Assembly: GCA_035495615.1 (NCBI GenBank)
Contig: DATJFP010000088.1
Location: 41,763 to 105,762 of the forward strand
Reading direction: 5' to 3'
Origin: Verrucomicrobiia bacterium
Lineage (GTDB): Bacteria > Omnitrophota > Omnitrophia > Omnitrophales > Aquincolibacteriaceae
Length of the DNA: 64,000 nucleotides
Each line of letters begins with the position of its first letter. Within the stretch, counting starts at the first letter, position 1. Under the pieces are notes generated by a model that ran no database searches, was not told the origin of the DNA, and saw only the letters and a program-made list of their open reading frames with translations. This document shows, one piece after another, positions 1-12,200 of the stretch. A program made the position numbers and the translations under genes.

Positions 1-290
1 AGGCGCGCGCGGCCGCGGAGCGCGCGGTTGATGTCGGTCTGCAGCGCGATCTCCCCTTCCCCGAGGGCTCGCAGGAACTGATACGCGTAGGCCATGACGA
101 TGGGATTGTTCTCGTCGACGGCCGCGGGAATCACCAGCTGCCCGCTGCGCAGGAGCGTCGAGATGTGGCGGGCATAAGCGCGGTAGATCGGGCCCGAGTC
201 GAAAAACTGATAGCCGAATTCCCTGGCCAGAGCCCGGGCGGCTGTCGATTTACCGGCCTGCGCGGGACCCGCGATATTGATGCCTTCGGG
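1..290 (-). other. Cytidylate-kinase-like P-loop NTPase module, in frame within the giant ORF (Walker A GPAQAGKS at 246-269)
   Basis: Codon-by-codon minus translation: ...QILETPEGINIAGPAQAGKSTAARALAREFGYQFFDSGPIYRAYARHISTLL... This matches the Cmk N-terminal signature I(A/D)GPxxxGKST(V)A..LA...G....DxGxxYRA seen in bacterial Cmk proteins. No stop codon separates it from the 1,000 upstream codons I translated. Confidence 0.5.
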
Positions 291-3200
291 CGTTTCCAGA
301 ATCTGGACCCACTGGTCGAGCGCGGCGTCGCGCTTTTCCTTCGGCAGGAGCTGGAGGAACGCGTTCACTTCGGCGGGCAGGTTCTGCGGCTGGACGCGCA
401 TTTCGGCGCGGCCATAGCGTTCGGCCTTGCGGGAAAGGCGCCAGATCTCCGGCGTTACCGCGCCCGGAGCCAGGTCGCCGATCCGCACCTGGATCGCGCG
501 CGACAGGCGCTGAAGAACGCCGGAATCGGTGTGAAAAACGTATTCGGCGCGGGTGAGCAGCTGCCCGAGGCCTTCCAGCGTCACTTCGCGGAGGTTCAGG
601 GCCTCGGCCGGCATCACCGCGAAATCGCCCAGGCCGTTGTCCGCGGCCCAGCGCAGGTAATTCGCATAAACCGAGAGTTCTTCTTCGGAGGTCTTCGGCG
701 GATCGCGTTTGACGATCCTGGCCAGATCGGCGAGCAGTTCCTGGCGCCGGGCTTCGGCGCTTTGCGGGCCGTGCTGCAGGTTGCGCACCAGCGCGTCTTC
801 GCGGCGGAGCCCGAGGCCGGGCACCACGTCGCGGCGCGAACGTTCGTTCAAGCGTCTCATGCTGCGTTCGATCTCGGGATTGGCCGCGGCGCCTTCCAGG
901 ACTTCGGCGGCGGAAACGCGAGCGATCAAGTGGCCGTCGGCGGATTCCTTGGTGGACGGAAGTCCCGGCACGTTCAAAAGCCCATCGTGCAGGTCTTCGA
1001 TGGCGAACGCCGTGCGCGGCGACTGGACCACGAAAGCGCTGAAATTCACCGAAGCCATGCCCGCGGCCGCGATCGCCTCGACATGCGGCCGCAGTCCGGC
1101 GACATATTCAGGATCGCGGTATTCGATATCCCGAATCACGCCCGCGACCGAGGCGATGTTCTCCGCCAGCGGGCCGCGCGTCTTGTAAATCTCATAGATG
1201 TTGGTCAGGCTGGCCATCGAAGGAAGCGTGACCACCCTTGCGTAATCTTCCGGATTGATCTGCTCGATCAGGCGCCGCATCTGGCGGAGCAGAAGGCGCC
1301 GTTCGGTCGAGGCGCGGCGAAGGGCGATCGAGGCCGTGGACTGCGCGGCTTCGCCCTTGGCGCGTCCCTGCGCTTCCTGGGCGTCCCGGAAAGCTTCTCT
1401 CGCGCGTTCGAGGCGCGGCAGGAGCCCGCGGATCGCGATCTGCGTGGTCATCAGTTTGAGGTGCAGCGAAAGCCGGTCAAGATAGTAAGCCAGGTCGTCG
1501 TCGGAAACCGTATTCTCGAGAAGCGCCTCGGTAACGGAACCGCGCAGCCCGAGCGCGGGCCGGTTTTCCAGCTGAAGCACGAGGCCGGACTGCGTCAGCG
1601 CGTAAAGGATCGCGCGCTGGAACGGCAGGAACGCGGCTTCGGCCTGCTCCTGTCCGAGCTTGGTAGTTTTCATGGTCCATTCGCGTCCGCGCGCGTCCGT
1701 GAAATGCGGGAACAGCGCCAGCACGTCCGGCGTATCCGCGGGCGGGATGCGCGTGATGTTTTTCTGCCAGTACCGCACGAACGACGAGGCGTCGAGCATT
1801 TCCGGAACCTGGTTGCTCGAGGTGTAGCTCACCGCGGCCGCGCCCACCGCCTGCTCGAACAGCTTGACCGTGTCGCGGCCGTAAGCGGCCGAGCGCAGGA
1901 ACGCCATGCCGCGGCGCAGCTCGTCGCCGACCGCGCGCACGACGCGCTGGTAAAGTTCGGGGCCGCGGCGCACGGCGCGCATGAGCGCGATCACGTTTTC
2001 GATGTTGTAGTAGCGGCCGCCCGGCGCTTCCGCGTCTTCGGTCGTGCCCAAAAGCTCCGCGCCCGGCTTGCCGTTCAGCCAATCCGAGTACACGCGGCGG
2101 AAGTCGTCGAGATCGATCTGCTTGATTTCGTAGATGAAACGTTCGACCTGGAAGCGGTAGCGGTCGTCCGCAAGTTCGGCTTCCAGCACGCGGTCGATCG
2201 CGGCCTCGCCGGCATTGACGATGAATTCCGCGAGCGTGATCAGGGAACTCGCCAGGCGCACGTCCGAGCCCGTGATAATCACTTCGTTGTGGCGGAAGAG
2301 GAAGGTGTTGAATTGCTGGCGCTGCTTGGCGGTCATGCCTTGGTAAAGGCGGTCGAGGATCGCGGGGTCCGCCTGCGTGATCGTGATCGGCCCGGGCGCT
2401 TCCGCGGTGCGGGACAAGTCTTCCGCGCGGCGCGAGATGCTGTTGGCGATCAGAAGCTCGCGCAGGTAAGAGCCGAGAAGCTTGGGTTCGCTCGCGCGCC
2501 GGATCTGGTTGGTCCTGCCGTCATAGTCCGTCTTATGGCCCAGGTTGACTTCGCTGTACGGGAAGTGCAGGTGGTACACCATACCTTCGATCGCGGTGCG
2601 GAGAAGCGCGTTCGGATCGAACGTGGTTTGTTCGGGCTGCGCGGTTTCCGAGACTTCGTCGAACACGATCCGCTCAGGCGGCGTCAGGCCTTCCTCTTCG
2701 AACCAGCGCCTCACGTCGTCTTCGGTGAGCGGGCCGGCAACAGGAGCGGCCGGAGCGGGAGCGCCTTCGGCCGCCGGCGTCGCCGGAGCCGGAGCCGCGG
2801 GAACGGGCCCGCGCGTTTTCGACCACTGGAACTGGCTTTCGCCTTTGTACGGGGCGGTCTTGGACGCCACGAGAAATTCTTCGACTTTGGCCGCGCCGCG
2901 TGTCTTGCTGAGCATGAGGGCTTTCAGGAAGCCGGTGATGATACCGCCGGAAACGCTGTCCACGAAGCGGATGTCGGTCTTGGGATCGATGCCCGCGGCC
3001 AGGACTTCCGCATAAATGCCCTCGGCGATCCGGTTGAATTCCGGATCCGTGCGCATGCGTTCTTCGAAATACGGCAGCAGCGCGTCGTAGAAGCGGCGTT
3101 CGCGCACCGCGGCGTCCGCCGTGCCCGCCCGATTCTCGCGTTCCTCGTCCTCGCGGAAGAGGCCGCGCACTTCGCCCACCATGCGTTCCATGACCGGGTA

Positions 3201-6200
3201 CGCGTTGCCGAGCTTTTCACGCGACACCTGGATGAGGACGTTTTTCGACTCGTCGAATTCCGCGCCCTGCATCATCTGCTTCGTGATCCAATAGTTTGCG
3301 CCGTCGCGGGCGAGATAAACATTGACCTTCTTGTCGTCGATCTGATCCACGACGTAAGGCAGCAGGCGGTTGATCGCCACCAGGGCGTGGTAGAAGGTGT
3401 ACTTGCCCCTGTTCGCCGGGTCATAGGCCTCGCGGATCGCGTTCTTCAGGTAAGAGATCCTGGAATCCAGCAGGTAGCGGCGGACGTCTTCGGAAGCGCC
3501 GGTCCCCGCGATTTGAGCTTTGAGCTCCGCGGCTTTCTCATCGAGCTTTTTCAGGATTTCGTTTGCATCGTAGGCTTGAACTTCAGCGGTGGGCTTGTAA
3601 AAGGCATTGAGGCGCATTTCGGGACGCAGGACGGGGCCGGACAAATCGATCTCCTGCGCCGGAGGCCCGCGGCGCGTGAATCTCTTGGCCGCGGCCTGGT
3701 TCACGAACGCGGCATTGGCGCGGCGCAGCGTGCGGTAGTTGTCGAACTGTTCTTCCTGGCTGCTCGGCGCGTGCACGCCGTTGGCGGCCGCGAACGTGGC
3801 GCGGTCCGGCGACTGCCAGGAACGGCCGAGGTCGAGCGTCTTTCTCATACTGCCGGAAATCAGCGCGCGATAGATCAGGCTGCGGAGCGAACCGTACTGC
3901 GTGCCGTACGCCTTTTCGGTCGACGCGGGGCCGACGACGATGGTGCTCAGGAATTCCTGCATGCCCACGGCGTTGTAATCGCGGCCGCCGAGCAGCGCTC
4001 TCGCCTGCTCGTCGGACAGGCCGTAATCTCTCACGATCTGAGCGCGCGTGACGCCGGGTTTCAGCTGCAGCGCGACGGGCTGCAGGCCTTCGTTCAGGTA
4101 GTTCCACAGGAATGCGAGCGCGCGCAGGCGCGGGTCGTCGGGATATCTCGGGCCGGCTTCGCCTGCCGGGCGGTTCGTGGCATGGAGCGTTTCGGTCAGC
4201 CACTCGTAGAACGCGGGGCCGTTACGCTCGTCGATCGCTTCGATCGCGGGCTCGACCGGGATGCCGGTGCCGCGCAGCATTTCGGTGCGAAGGCGCAGTC
4301 CCGAATTGCCCCAGATCGCCATGACGTCGTTCTGGAATTCGGGGCTTGGATTTTCCCTGTCCGTGTGGCCGGTCACGCGTCCGGCAATGATGTCGAAATG
4401 CAGTTCCACCTGGTCGAGGACCTGTTTGCGCACGGGCCAGGGCAAATCGCCTTTCAGGACGAGAAGCAGCGGCAGCGTCGACGGGGCTTCGGTCTTGAGG
4501 GGCTTGGGAGCCGGAGCCGGCACGGTTCCCCGCGTCTTGTCGCCCTTGGTGCCATCGGCCCAGCGCACGCCGTTGCGGTTGTCCAGCGTCTTGACCTGTT
4601 TGAGCGAGGTGGACGCCAGGCCCCGCAGCGTCGGGAAATCCTGGTCCGTACGGAAAGCGGCGCCCACGGAAATCGTGAACTCCGGCATGTTCTGCAGCGG
4701 CTCGGCGCGCAGGTATCTTCCCTGCACCTTGAGTTCCCTGTTCCAGTCTTCCAGCTTGCGGGCGAGCGCGGCCGCGAGCGGCACGTTCTTGCCTTTGTCG
4801 AAAACGATGAGCGCGCGGCCGCGGTTGACCGCGATCGGATAACCCACGGTGGTCTTGATCAAGTCACGCGTCTTGTCGTCGAGCGAGCGGAAATCCTGCG
4901 CGCTCTCGGCAAGGCCGAAACGGCCGTGCGTGCCGAACGAAATTTCGGCGCGCAGCCTTTCGAGGAAACGGGCGGCAAGCGCCTTGTCGAGCGGCCGGTC
5001 ATTCGTGCCGGTGATCAGCAGCCAGGATTCGTCGGGGCCGCGGCGGATCTGGCGGGCCGCGAGCTTGGGACCGTCCGCGTCGCGGAAAACATCTTCTTTC
5101 AGGATGTCGTCGATCGCGCGGTTCATGACGATGCGCACCATGCCGGCGAACTTGTACGTGCGGCCTTCGAAGGCCGTGTGGTACTGCGTGAGGAAGTCGA
5201 TGTCGACGGTGGCCAGCGCGAACTGTGTGTTCTGCTCGATCAGCTGCCCGATGAGGCGTTCGCCGTCGCGCTGCCCCATGGCCGCTTCGGAAGTCGTCAT
5301 GATCGGCGTATCGTCGCTGATTTCGGTGGCGGTTCTCCAGGTCTCGCGCTGTTCCAGCTTCGTGGCATCCAGGAAATAAACCGGGGGCAATTCGGAATAA
5401 CGGCGGTTGCCGGCCGCGTCCCACAAGCCCAGCGTATCGTAGTTTTCCTGCCCGCGGACGAGAATCATTTCGGAGTTGAGGAAGGCATCGGCCACGTCGC
5501 CCGCGATACCGCGGTCCCCGTCGTGGCGCTCGGTGCCGGAAATGTTGCGGAGATCGAGGCCGTAAGTGGCCGGGCCGTGATCGGACAGCACGAAGCGGCC
5601 TTCCAGCTTGTGGCGGCGCAGGTGCGCGAGCGCCGGATGTTCGAGAGCGGTCTCGATGTCGCGGACCGTGAGGGCGCGGCCCACGGGCACGGCTTTGGCC
5701 ACGCCGAAAATCGTCAGGCCCTGGTTGTCGTCGAGCCATTTCTGCACCGCGAGGAGGTCCTGCACGCCTTTAGGATCGCGCGGGTTCACGTTTCCGAAAA
5801 CAAAAGTCGCCTTGGCGAAGCTTGAAAGCTGCGGAATCGCCGTGATCGCCGGAGCCGGCGCGTCCAGCACCGCGGTGATCGCCTGCGCCTGCGCGTTCGC
5901 GGCTTCGTCATGTCCGGCTTCTTTGAGCGCCATTTCCACGATGCGGTTGTGCAGCGTCACGTATTCCGGAGCGCTGAGCGTGGTGCGGAATTCACGGCCG
6001 CCCAGGAAAGGCGGCTTCCACTGGCGCACGCGGGCGGCAAAATCTTTCACGTAAGTGCGCGTCGCTTCGTTCTGGATGCCGCGCGCGTCCAGAGCCGCGT
6101 CGAGGAAATCGTCCATTCTCGCGTCGGCGGTGACAAAATCCGTGATCGGCGCGCCGGGACGATAGTCTCCGGGCACCTGCGTCAGAAGCATCTGGGTCCT

Positions 6201-9200
6201 GTTTCCGGGTTCGTAATGCGGGGCGTCCACGCTCTCGACTTTGTCCAGGTTGCCGAGGAAAAGATCCATCATGTCCAGCACGACTTCGGCCAGGGTGCGG
6301 TCGCGCGTGACCACTTGCTGCCCGCCGCCCGTCGCGGCCTGAGGAGCGCCGTAACCTCCGGCGGCCTGAACGCCGTATCCGCCCGCCGCAGCCGGGGCCC
6401 CGCCTTCCGCCTGGGGCGCGCCGTATCCGGGCGCGGCAGCCTGGCCGCCTGCCTGGGGCTGTGCCCCTGCGGCGGCATAACCGCCCACAGGCGCGCCTTC
6501 TATCGGCTCGGACGTGGCCGCTCCGTAACCGGGAGTGGCGGCCGCGGCTCTCGCGGCCCCCGCCCTGACTTCCCTCTCTATAATAGGAAGGAAGCCCAGC
6601 CTGGAAACTTCATCCGCCAGGTCCAGCGTCGCCTGGTAAGCGACCGCGTCGAGGGACCGGATCTCGCCCAAGTTGGCATTCGGTTCTTTTTCGCGCAGCA
6701 GCTGGATCGCGCGCACGCCGCGCTTGATCTGATCCAGGTTGATCTGGCTGTTGGCCAGGAAACGGCGCGCGCCGTACTTGTCCAAAAGCCGGTCCGCGGC
6801 TTCGAACGATTCGGCGTAAAGATAAAGGTCTTCCACCAGGTGCCGGAGGCCGGCCGCGGGCTTGGCGCCTTCGAAGAAGGTCTTGAGTTTGCGCCCGCCC
6901 CTGCCGAGGTCGCCTTCGATCTCGAAATCAAATTGCAGCATGAAGCGCAGGATTCTGAGCGCCAGGCGCGGGTTCAGGTCCGCATGGCCCGCATCCGGAT
7001 AATTGACCCGCAGGACGCCTTCGCGGAGATCTTCGCGGCCCGAGAAGCTGTCGTGGATAATGTAGTCGCTTCCTTCTTTCCACAGCGCAAGACGGTTGAT
7101 GGTCAGTTCCGGCACTTCGGTAAGGGCCCCGACGTTGGGCGGCGTTTCATGGACGCGGCCCGTCGTGGCGTCGATGACGCCCGTCACGTGGATGGGCAGC
7201 CGGCGCCCGTCCGTGTGGACCATGACCGCGCGGCCTTCGAGCACTTCCTGCGCGGTGAGGTCCTGCGAAATCGTGCCGTCGAGCGCGCGGCCCTTGAATT
7301 TCTGGGCCAGGACGCCTGCCGCGGGCATGGCCGCGTCAAACAGCAGCCGCTCGCGGAACTGGTTGATGAGGTAAGCGCGGAAGGCCAGCATCACGATCTT
7401 GTCCGCGTCTTCGCGCGTCAGCGGGCTCTTCGCCTGACGCTGGGATTCGTAGACGTCGCGGATCTGCCGGCGCAGCTTGAGATTGAAGGCCGGGTCCGAG
7501 GCCTTGGCCGCTTCATAGGCTTCTTTGTAACGCTTGTAGTCCGGATACTCTTCCAGGATTTTTTCGTACAGGCGCTGCTGGTCTTCCTTGATCTCGACGT
7601 GATTGGCGTGCTTGATCTCGCCGATGAGCTTGGCATCCTGCGGAAGTTCTTTCAGCCAGGCCAGCTCCGTCTCGCGGGCATTGAGCCGGGCGACGGCTGC
7701 GTCGTCGAGGCGGACCTGGAGCAGCACGTCGACTTCGTCGCTGCGCTTTTCCTGCCCTCCGAGCTCGTTACGCACGATGCCGCCGAACGCCACGACCGCG
7801 GGATTGTTGACCCCGTCGAGGAACGCGCGGAGCGCCCCGTTCTGCGTGAGCTGGTTCGGGGCCAGAGTCTCGCGAAGCTCCGCCCTTTGCTGCACGGCCG
7901 TCACGGCCGCGGCCAGCCGCGGGTTGTTCAATTCGGGCGCGTCACGGAGAAGCGGAACCACGTGATGGCGGACGAAAATGCCGAGTTCCCGGAGCGCGAC
8001 CGGCTTGAACCGGCGCGCGCCGCTGAGGGCATCTTCCACGACCGTAAGCGCCGCGTTTGCGAAATAAGCGTCGCCCACGGCGGCGCGGACGTCGTTGATG
8101 CTTTGCACCGGCGCGTCTGGAATAATTTCCGTGCTGAGGCTCGAGAAAGGCGTGAGGCCGCTTTCGATCCGCGACACCACATCGCGGAACGCTTCCCGAT
8201 CTTGGAGCGGCTTCAGCGCCCGCGTCAGCCTCTCGCTTCCGAGCTCCGGGCGGCTCTGGATCAGTTTTTTCAGATGTTTCACGATGAAGCTCAGCTTCGC
8301 GTCTGGAAGATTGTGGAGCCGCGGCTCTTCGAGCATGAGCTGCACCGTCTGCATAAAGGCCAGGTCGCCCATGTCCTTGCGGAAATCATCCACGAATTTC
8401 CAGGCCGCGTCATACTCAAAGTCAGGATAAAAGGAGCGGTCCCGGATGCCGTCCGCCAGCTTTTTCGCGGCCGCGGCAAGATGCGTGTCCGGCGTTTCGG
8501 CCGTGAGCTCGGCCGGCACGGGCTTGTCCGCGAGATCGGGACGCCGCGCAAGCAAGGGACGCAGGTGTTCTTCTTCGAGCCTCTGGTACAGCACGGGAGC
8601 AAAGCTCTTGACCCGGTCTTCGAGAATGGCGTCCAGCGCGCCGCGGAAATAAGCGTCGCCGGCAAGGATGGCGGCCAGCGCGGCGTGATAGGTTTCGTCG
8701 CCCAGGTCTTTTCCGACGGCCTCGATGCGTTCTCTGCGGACCTCCGGGCCCAAGTCCCCCGGCGCACCAAAGCCGGTGCCGGCCACCGCGTCGAAGATCC
8801 GCGTGATCGCGCGTTCGAGCGGCGTCTTGCCGTAGCGCGAGCCTTCTTCGTAGACGCGGCGGAAATTCGTGACGGCGTTGTCAAGCCTGTCGTTCAGCAG
8901 CATGGGCCGGCGGGTAAGCATGCGGCGAACATGGAGATTAAGCAATTCAGCCACGATGCGCGGCGGCAGATCGTAGTGGCCGGCTTCTTCCACGATCGCG
9001 ATTACGGCTTCGCGGAAGAGCACGTCTTTGGCCTCGCGGCGGACGCTCTCGATCATTTGTTCGCGCATCAAGTCACGGTCCTGGGCTGCCTGCACCGCGA
9101 TCAGGATTTTGCGCACCGTCGCATAAACCGGCGGCAGTTCGGGCGCCGCGGGCGCTTTTTCCGGAACCTTTTCGAGTTTCGACGCGGCCGGGACCTTCTT

Positions 9201-12200
9201 CACGAAACCCTCGTAAAACCGCTGGAACGTCTCGGGGAACTTCTCGCCTTTTCCGAAATTGCGCAGCAGGCCTCCGATGATCGGAACGCCCGCGTATTCT
9301 TCGCTCTTATGGAAGAGCTGGTCGAAGCCGTCGGTCATGTACGTGCCCAGGTCCGTGTCCGGGCCGATGAGGCCGCGGTCGAACTGGAAGATGGCCTTGA
9401 TCTCGGCCGGCTTGTGCTTGGGAGAGGTTTCGAACCGCACACGGACGGTCTTGGCATCCACCTGCGCGACCGTGACCTTGTAGCCGGGATAATTTTTCCA
9501 GGCGTAGACAACTGGCTCTTCGAGCTTCACTTCCACGGGAATGATCTCGTCACGGGACGGCACCACTGACGGCGCCGCGTGCGCTTCCACTTCAGGCACT
9601 TCTTCTTCGGCGGCAACGCCCACGAGATACGTGCGCAGCGTCGTTCCCAGGATTTGGCCGCGCTGGGCTTCATCCGCGACAAAAGGCGCGAGCGACCAGA
9701 CTTTCGTGCTGCTCCTGCGGATGCCGATGAGTGCGGCCGCGCGGCGGGCGGTATCGCCGGCGGCAAGGCCGCGGCGGCTCGCGATTTCCGTGACCAAGGC
9801 TTCGCGTCCGTTGAGCCCGGCCCTTTCGAGGGCTTTCAGCTTTTCGGCAAAATCCGCGGCGGTCGCCGGTTCGGTCTGTTCTTTCAGGAGCGCGGCCAGG
9901 ACCTCGTCCACTTCCTTGAGAAGCGCGTCCGCCGCTTCCGGTGTGGGAGGCACTTCCGCGAGCGCGGCGATGAGAAGATCCACATTGTCCACGTAGCGCC
10001 GGGTGCCCGGATTGAAATAGCTGCCAAAGAAATCGTCGCGGAGCACCGCGGGATCGTGCACGCGCAGTTCCGTGCGCGCGAAACTCCATTCGCGGCGCGT
10101 CTCGTCTTCCTCGTCGCCGAATTCGCGCGCGGTGTCCATGGCGTCGATGACTTCGTGCACGGCGCCGACCGCGTCGGCGTCCAGGCCCGGCGTTTCTTCG
10201 ACTTCCGGCAGCGCTTCCGGCGTGAGGCCGGTGGTCGCGGGCGCGTAACGGCGGGCGGCCCAGCGGATAGCCTTTGCAGACAGGACAAAAAGAAGCACGG
10301 TCAGCGTGCCCGCCACCATCATGGTATGGAACGCCATGAAGTACCACGGGAAGCGGACTTCGTTGGAAAAGGCAAAGCCGGGCGGCGGCAGCGCGGTCAC
10401 CATGCCGTCACCGATGGAAATCGCGGATCCCACCGGGCTCATCGCGAACGGCGGGATGCCATAGATAAGGAAGACGACGGTCAGGCCCATGGTGATAAGG
10501 CCCATGGCGATGCTGACGCCTTTGGTCCAGGATTTATTTTTCCACAGGATGCCCGAGAACCAGGATGCGAGAGGGCCCATCATGAAGGCCACGCCGATCG
10601 GGAAGAACCACAGGAACCAGTGATAGTCGAGAAGCAGCGGCAGGATCGGCCCGAGAGCGCCGACCGCGGCAATGCGGAAGGCGGTCGTGACCGACCACCA
10701 GAGCAGCCTTCCCCGCTCGCGGGAAATGTCGCGGCGGATCAGGTCCGCGCGGCCCGGCGTCAGGCGCAGGGCTTCGTCGTAGGTTTCGCGGATGCCGCGC
10801 GTCACGAAGAAATTGTCCGCCAGTCCTCTCAGGCTAATGGGGATGGTAAAAAAGTACAAGTTGATCCGGAAATCAATGAGCCTGAAAAATCCGCGTAAGA
10901 GGTCCACCGCCCACATGAGGTGCATGGCCCGCAAGACAGGCTCCGGCCCGTACCATTCCATGAGCGCGCGCATCACCACGAAAACAATGCCGACCCCGAG
11001 GCCGATGAACCATCCGAACGGCAGGACCGTGGAGAAAAACGCGGCCATGCCCACTTTGGCGACGATCCATTGCGAGACGCCCGGAATGGCGCCGATCATC
11101 AGGATGCCGAGCATGGCGTGAAGGACGAGGCGGTACCAGCCGGTCCGCGCCGCCTGCCGGACTTTCGTGTCGCGCTCGATCATCGTCTCCGCCTGTTTTT
11201 CGGGCGTGGTTTCTTTCGTGGGATCGATCTCGTGGCGGAAATAGCGCGCGCCCCAGAAGCCGGTCAGGATCGCGGAAAGAATGCCCGTCAGCAGCGCGGC
11301 GCCGAAGACCGCGAGCGCGCCGAAGCCGAGGAGGAAATGCCCGATGAGGAAGACCGAGAAGAGACCCAGGCCGAACGCGAACGAGGTGCCGAACTCTTCG
11401 AAGTAATGCGCGAGCGGCAGTTCCGGCGATTCCGTGCCCGTCGATTTCCAGACCGGCTTGGCCTGCGCGGCCAGCATTTCGAAACGCACGGCGTTGGCGT
11501 GGTCGCCGCGGATGCGGGCCAGGCGCGCCTGCTGCTTGTAATGGGACACGAGCGTATAGTTGGCATAGAACTGGCGGAAGCCTTCGGCATTCGCGTCTTC
11601 GGTGAGGAACAACTTGTTCAGATAAATCAGCGTGGACATCACGGTCTCGGCCACTTCGATGGGCACGTCCGTGAAAAGGTAATTGCGCCATTCGCGGAAC
11701 ATCACGGTCGAGACGACGAGTACTGCGAGCGCCGGCAGGAAGACGGCCGGCGTGATGGGCAGAAGCCCGATCGCGAGCGGGATTGCGACGAACGCGCGCC
11801 ACACGTGTTTCGGGATGCCGAAGGTCCTATCGCGGATGCCCAGGTAAATCAGGATGAGCGTCGCGACAACGCCCAGGATCGGCGCGGTCCACAGGAGCGC
11901 GGTGAGCGACAGCCCCATAAACGGCACGAAGGCAAGGAGAATGGGCACGGCGAGCGCCAGGTATCTCAAGAACCCGGGCAGCCGGAACGTCCTCAGGAAC
12001 GGGAGCCGCACCGTGATCGGCCGCGGGCCGTTGCGCACCGCCCAGAAGAAGATGGCGGCGCCGAAGAACAGGGCGAAAAACAGAAGCGGCAGCGTGACTG
12101 AAGCAAAGATGCCGAGCGTCAGCGTAGCCGCGCTCAGGAATTTAAATCCGACGATGAGCGCGGCGATCATGCCGCCGATCGAGAACATGATGCCGAGCCC

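Noticed and set aside
1-400. Annotating a separate cmk (cytidylate kinase) gene on the minus strand starting at Met 399-401
   Set aside because: No stop codon terminates the upstream frame anywhere in the 1.3 kb I translated, or, by the ORF-track argument, anywhere up to 48530. A standalone gene call is not supportable from this window. Reported instead as an in-frame Cmk-like module of the giant ORF.
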